The notes beneath the pieces are model-generated. The model saw only the letters and a list, made by a program, of their open reading frames with translations. It was not told where the DNA came from and searched no databases. This document shows positions 57,678 to 61,972 of a stretch of 61,972 bases of DNA, piece by piece. Origin of the DNA: Candidatus Woesearchaeota archaeon. Its GTDB lineage: Archaea; Nanobdellota; Nanobdellia; UBA10117; ARS21. The stretch lies in assembly GCA_964344605.1 (NCBI GenBank), contig CAYFNR010000004.1, positions 1 to 61,972 on the forward strand, written 5' to 3'. The translations under genes were made by a program, and so were the position numbers. How positions within the stretch are numbered: the first letter of the stretch is position 1; each line of letters starts with the position of its first letter.

Positions 57678-59072
57678 TTAAGTATTGTTATTCACCCTTT
57701 CTTGTAAGATTTCTTTAACTTCAAGAGGGTCTGCCCTGCCTTCTGTCAGTTTCATAACTTGACCCATCATAAATTTATCAATTTTCTCACGAGGTTTGCC
57801 TGAGGAATATACATCTGGATTTCGATTCAAAGCCTCGTCAACTGCTTCCACTATTTCGTCATGTATCATGCTCTCTAGATTGTGGATTTCGACATAATCG
57901 GCAGGTACAATATCATTGACCACAACCTCCCCAACTACTTGCCTTGCTACTTGGGTGGTTATCCTTCTACCTCTAGACATCTCAAGTATGCTAGAGATTC
58001 TTTCGGGTGTTAGATAAGAATCGGATAGTTCTATTCCACTTTCAGATAACGCACTAGCAATAGCTCCTGTAAAGAATGAGGCAAGCTCAGCAGGATGGAT
58101 TCCGCTGACTTCTAATGTCTGATCAAATAACTCGGCCATTCGATAATCAGTAGTAAGTTTCCGAGCGTGCTCATGACTAAGCCCTGCCTCGAGATATAGT
58201 TCCCTTTTATCTATGGGGCCAACTCTAGTTATCTCCTGCACTTCTGCTAATTTATCTTCAGATATAATTATTGAAGTTAAATCTGGGTCGGGTATATACC
58301 GGTAGTCAGCTGCCACTTCCTTGCTTCTTAGAGGAATTGTAGAAAGAGGATTTTCGACAAAGCCCCTGGTTTCTAGTTTGATTGGCATGCCTCGTTTAAG
58401 CAATCTGGATTGGCGCATTAATTCATACTCAGCTGCTGCTTGTATATTACTTGCAGAATTAATGTTCTTAACCTCAACACGATTATTTCCTTCTATTGAT
58501 ATGTTTGTATCAGCCCTCATAGAACCTTGTCCTTTCATAAGTTTGCCTGTATAACTCAATGTCTCTCTTATCGTCTTTGCAAATTCTCTTGCTTTAGCAG
58601 GTGAAGTCAAGTCCGGCTCTGTAACAATCTCAACTAGAGGTACACCTGTACGATTGAAGTCTATGGTTTTAGAAAGCAAATCGTACCGTCCAGGGTCCTC
58701 TTCAATGTGTACTTCAGTTATTCTAATGCCATCCAGCAGACCATCCACTCCAATTGGAACACTTGTTCGTTGATAACCAGAAGGTAAGTCTGGATAAAAA
58801 TAGTGCTTTCTTTGCACAGGCAAGCCTTTATCAACCACAACATTACAGTTTAACAGCAGAGCAACTTCAATTACTGTATCAAGAGCTCTCTGATTAATTG
58901 GCATAGGTTTGCTACCTGGCAAACTCATGCAGATTGGACATATATTCGTGTTTGTATCTGCCTCATAAAAATTTGTAGGACACTTGCAGAATAATTTTTG
59001 ATCTGTATCCAGCTGATGGTGAATTTCTAAACCTATTTTAACTGAATTATATCTCTTGCTTGACATAGCCAT
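57678..59072 (-). CDS. gatB: amidotransferase subunit B (set 2, Methanobacteriales-like type)
   Basis: IGLEIH, RKHYFYPDLPSGYQRTS, HIEEDPG, FNRTGVPLVEIVTEPD. Confidence 0.93.
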   Translation of the reverse strand: MAMSSKRYNSVKIGLEIHHQLDTDQKLFCKCPTNFYEADTNTNICPICMSLPGSKPMPINQRALDTVIEVALLLNCNVVVDKGLPVQRKHYFYPDLPSGYQRTSVPIGVDGLLDGIRITEVHIEEDPGRYDLLSKTIDFNRTGVPLVEIVTEPDLTSPAKAREFAKTIRETLSYTGKLMKGQGSMRADTNISIEGNNRVEVKNINSASNIQAAAEYELMRQSRLLKRGMPIKLETRGFVENPLSTIPLRSKEVAADYRYIPDPDLTSIIISEDKLAEVQEITRVGPIDKRELYLEAGLSHEHARKLTTDYRMAELFDQTLEVSGIHPAELASFFTGAIASALSESGIELSDSYLTPERISSILEMSRGRRITTQVARQVVGEVVVNDIVPADYVEIHNLESMIHDEIVEAVDEALNRNPDVYSSGKPREKIDKFMMGQVMKLTEGRADPLEVKEILQERVNNNT

Positions 59073-60399
59073 TCACGGATTCAAATGCTTTCATAGCACG
59101 GATCAGATCCTCCTCCCTAAAGTGATTAGCCTGAATTTGAATTCCAACTGGAGTATCTTCTATTACTGGCCCAGGCACAACGCCCGCACAAATTCCTGAG
59201 AGATTCGCTGGAACAGTGAGAAAATCGTATCTGTACATATCCTCCTGTTCTACTTGATCGCCTAATTTGTGTGGCAGTTTAGGAGTGACAGGGCTAACTA
59301 ATATGTCACATTCACCAAACGCCTTGCTAAACGCTTCAGAGATAAATGCTCTTGCTTTAAGAGCCCGACCATAAAATGCGTCAGTATATTCCTTTTGGCT
59401 TATTAACGAGCCACCTTTGATTCTCGCTAGGACTTCAGGTCCAGCGACCTCTTCGATAGGTTTACAGTAGCGCACGCCATTAAGTTTGCGGGTAGCTGAG
59501 AAGAACTCAACATAGTTTATGAGGTAGTACGCGTCAAGAGCTTTCTCTACGTGAGGTAAACTCACCTCAACTAGTTTTAGATTATCAAATTCGCTTACAG
59601 CGGCTTCAGTCGTTTCCCTAACTGCATCATATATTCGTTCATCAAGCATAATCTTCTTAAAATCATCAGACATGCCAATTCTTAGCTCTCTATCTTGGAA
59701 GTTTTGGGCAGCTTCAACATAATTTCCCACAGATCTTGCTGATGTAGTTGAATCACGCTCTGAATGTCCCGATATACACTGTAGCAAAGCTGCAGCTTCG
59801 TCAACCGTCTCAGCAAATGGACCTATTTGTTCTAAACTCATCGATAAATCTATCAATCCAAATCGTGATACTCTACCATATGTTGGCTTAATTCCGACTA
59901 CTCCGCAGTGAGATGCTGGATTTCTGATTGAGCCCCCCGTGTCTGAACCAAGCGCCATGTCGCACAATCCAGATGCTACTGCCACTGCACTGCCGGAACT
60001 TGAACCCCCTGGTATTCTTCCTTCAGCCACGGGATTTAGAGTAGGACCAAAATAGCTTGTCTCACCTGAGCTGCCGCATGCAAATTCATCCATATTGGTC
60101 ATTCCAACAATTACTGCTCCATTTTCACGCAAGAGATGCACTACATCTGCATCAAATGGAGAGATATAATCTTCTAGAGTTCTGGAAGCACAAGTTATCT
60201 TAGACCCAATTACATTAATATTCGATTTAACTCCAATAGTACATCCTTCCAAGAGCAAAATATCTCCATTATCTGCACTGTCCTGAACCTTCTGCGCATC
60301 AGAAATTGCTTTCTCTCCGCGAGAAGAAATGAAAGCATTGAATTTATCAGCATCTATCCTCTCCAGTGCTCTTTCTACTTTTTCTGGTATATCACCCAT
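59047..60399 (-). CDS. gatA: amidotransferase subunit A (set 2)
   Basis: GVKSNI, NMDEFACGSS, PGGSSSGS, SDTGGSIRNPA, YYLINYVEFFSATR. Confidence 0.93.
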   Translation of the reverse strand: MGDIPEKVERALERIDADKFNAFISSRGEKAISDAQKVQDSADNGDILLLEGCTIGVKSNINVIGSKITCASRTLEDYISPFDADVVHLLRENGAVIVGMTNMDEFACGSSGETSYFGPTLNPVAEGRIPGGSSSGSAVAVASGLCDMALGSDTGGSIRNPASHCGVVGIKPTYGRVSRFGLIDLSMSLEQIGPFAETVDEAAALLQCISGHSERDSTTSARSVGNYVEAAQNFQDRELRIGMSDDFKKIMLDERIYDAVRETTEAAVSEFDNLKLVEVSLPHVEKALDAYYLINYVEFFSATRKLNGVRYCKPIEEVAGPEVLARIKGGSLISQKEYTDAFYGRALKARAFISEAFSKAFGECDILVSPVTPKLPHKLGDQVEQEDMYRYDFLTVPANLSGICAGVVPGPVIEDTPVGIQIQANHFREEDLIRAMKAFESVNGYVKQEI

Positions 60400-60631
60400 C
60401 TTCGTCTTCCTCTCTGTTATCTGGCGTGTAAACATACAAATTATCTGCTATACGAGTTGGTGCTAACTCCAAAATCATTTGTCTGTACTTGAATTCTTCT
60501 TCGGGTCCATCTGACCTAGTAATACTTTTGGGCGAAATTGAATACCTACTCTCAATTTCAGGAATATCATTAAGAGATTCTGAAAATGATTTTAAGAGAG
60601 CCAGCACCCTCTTATCTACACTTTCTGCCAT
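60392..60631 (-). CDS. gatC: putative divergent GatC (set 2)
   Basis: Size and position between aspS and gatA; FSESL...R.D pattern of short archaeal GatC. Confidence 0.6.
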   Translation of the reverse strand: MAESVDKRVLALLKSFSESLNDIPEIESRYSISPKSITRSDGPEEEFKYRQMILELAPTRIADNLYVYTPDNREEDEDG

Positions 60632-61878
60632 TATAAGGTATAATTTTGCCTTGGTGTTCTTGGGACAAGTGTTGCTCTTCGGACATTATCTAACCCCATC
60701 AAAAGCTGTGTTAAGCGATTTAAGCCCATTCCAAACCCACCATGCGGTGGCATACCTTTGTCAAAGAATCGTAGATGATCCCCATAATGTTCTGGTGAAA
60801 GCCCTAAATCTAATATGTTTTCTTCCCTCCTTCTTCTATCATGTTCTCTCATGCCACCAGAACATATCTCAACGCCCTTGTAAAGCAAATCAAAGGTCTC
60901 TGTTAAGCCATCCCCAACCCTTAAAGCATAAAATGGCTTCTCCATCTCAGGATAATGTGTAATAAAAACGAAGTCTGCGCCTTCGCTCTCTTTTATTCGT
61001 CCGCCAATTACGACTTCATCGCTTGCGGTTAGCCTGTGCTCCTTCAAAATCTCCACAGGATACTCGCTACTTAGAAGTTCCTTAGCTCCTGCATAAGACA
61101 TAGTATAGAACGAGTTTCCGCTGACTTTCTCAAGTCCCAAGCCTCTACGTTCAATAGACGCATTTATTGAGTGAATTAGTGCGTCTCTGATAGCGTTCAT
61201 CACGCTTTCTAGGTCCGAAAATGCAATTTCGGCATCAACAGACGTAAATTCGCATAGATGTCGTGGAGTATTATGTTGTTCGGCCCTCCAAACAGGACCA
61301 ATTTCATAAACCCTCTGTACGCCTGAAGCTAAGACCAATTCTTTGTAAAGCTGGGGGCTCTGAGATAAATACATTTCGTCATCAAAGAACTCCACTGGGA
61401 AGTAATCTGTTCCGCCTTCAGTAGGAGAATTAGTCAGCTTAGCAGTATGGATTCTCATAAAGTCGTTATTATGGAAGTACTCAGATAAATAATGAGTTAA
61501 ATCACTTAGCATGATAAAGGTACTTTTGTCTAGTTTGTCCCTCATGGTCAAGAAACGCCAGTTTAATCGAGTGTCTAATCCCAGCTCAGCTTCTGTATCT
61601 TTCTCAACATTGAAGCTCGTAACCTTGGATGGGGAATAAAGACCAATTTCGGCCAAATGCAGCTCTAACCCACCTGGTGCTCTGTCGTCTTCTTTGAAAT
61701 TACCACGGAGTGAAACAACATCGCCATGGTTGAGCGCGGAGATTATTTCGGAATCATCATCACTTAGCAAATCTCTATTAGATACAACTTGCGCGTATTT
61801 GTCATGATCATTAACAGTAATAAAAGTCTTTTTACCGTGACGCCGTACCTGATGCACTATCCCATTTAAAGTTTCCAT
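60631..61878 (-). CDS. aspS: non-discriminating aspartyl-tRNA synthetase (archaeal type)
   Basis: OB fold with RRHG (His) and RAPGGLE (Pro) ND signatures; SQSPQLYK, WRAE, GMPPHGGFGMGLNR. Confidence 0.92.
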   Translation of the reverse strand: METLNGIVHQVRRHGKKTFITVNDHDKYAQVVSNRDLLSDDDSEIISALNHGDVVSLRGNFKEDDRAPGGLELHLAEIGLYSPSKVTSFNVEKDTEAELGLDTRLNWRFLTMRDKLDKSTFIMLSDLTHYLSEYFHNNDFMRIHTAKLTNSPTEGGTDYFPVEFFDDEMYLSQSPQLYKELVLASGVQRVYEIGPVWRAEQHNTPRHLCEFTSVDAEIAFSDLESVMNAIRDALIHSINASIERRGLGLEKVSGNSFYTMSYAGAKELLSSEYPVEILKEHRLTASDEVVIGGRIKESEGADFVFITHYPEMEKPFYALRVGDGLTETFDLLYKGVEICSGGMREHDRRRREENILDLGLSPEHYGDHLRFFDKGMPPHGGFGMGLNRLTQLLMGLDNVRRATLVPRTPRQNYTL

Positions 61879-61972
61879 GATACTACCCTTCAGAAATGAC
61901 TATATAAATGTTTCGATGTGTTCTAGTGGCAATTATGTGCGGAGCGAGGACTAATGTCATAACTTCGCTTGA

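Noticed and set aside
319-60962. Many short ORF-track entries antisense to or nested in long genes (e.g. 319, 948, 2401, 3460, 5092, 9832, 14387, 21953, 27051, 60489)
   Set aside because: Shadow ORFs with Ser/Leu/Phe-rich composition typical of the reverse strand of real genes.
1-61972. CRISPR array, rRNA, integrase or transposase
   Set aside because: No regularly spaced repeats, no rRNA-like GC-rich stretch and no recombinase or transposase motifs were seen by eye.

Overview
Chromosomal segment of a low-GC archaeon. The gene content points to a DPANN lineage (Nanobdellota, Woesearchaeota/Pacearchaeota-like); this is an inference from the split RpoA'/A'', unsplit RpoB, eL33, Alba, bacterial-type short MetRS and lineage-typical hypotheticals. 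The core content is the rpoH-B-A'-A''-rpl30e-nusA-rps12-rps7-rps6e operon, infB, ndk, glmS, ychF, metG, seven tRNAs (three with introns) and TWO unrelated gatCAB operons with a non-discriminating AspRS and an asparaginase. Best leads: (1) an ArsR-HTH + ATP-cone + apparently catalytically disabled class III ribonucleotide reductase fusion, a candidate archaeal nucleotide-sensing regulator; (2) a clan-CE (Ulp1/deubiquitinase-like) cysteine protease in an accessory patch at tRNA-Thr; (3) the doubled tRNA-dependent Asn module, with tRNA-Asn fused to one operon; (4) metG and a Nudix gene that have no in-frame ATG/GTG/TTG start, with a near-cognate codon at the SD-predicted position; (5) a tandem nucleotidyltransferase-HEPN pair next to a metal TIM-barrel protein; (6) a T-loop (59/60) tRNA intron. 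Several small proteins and pseudogenes missing from the ORF track were recovered by hand translation. No rRNA, CRISPR array, integrase or transposase was seen. All family assignments come from motif recognition by eye; no database search was run.
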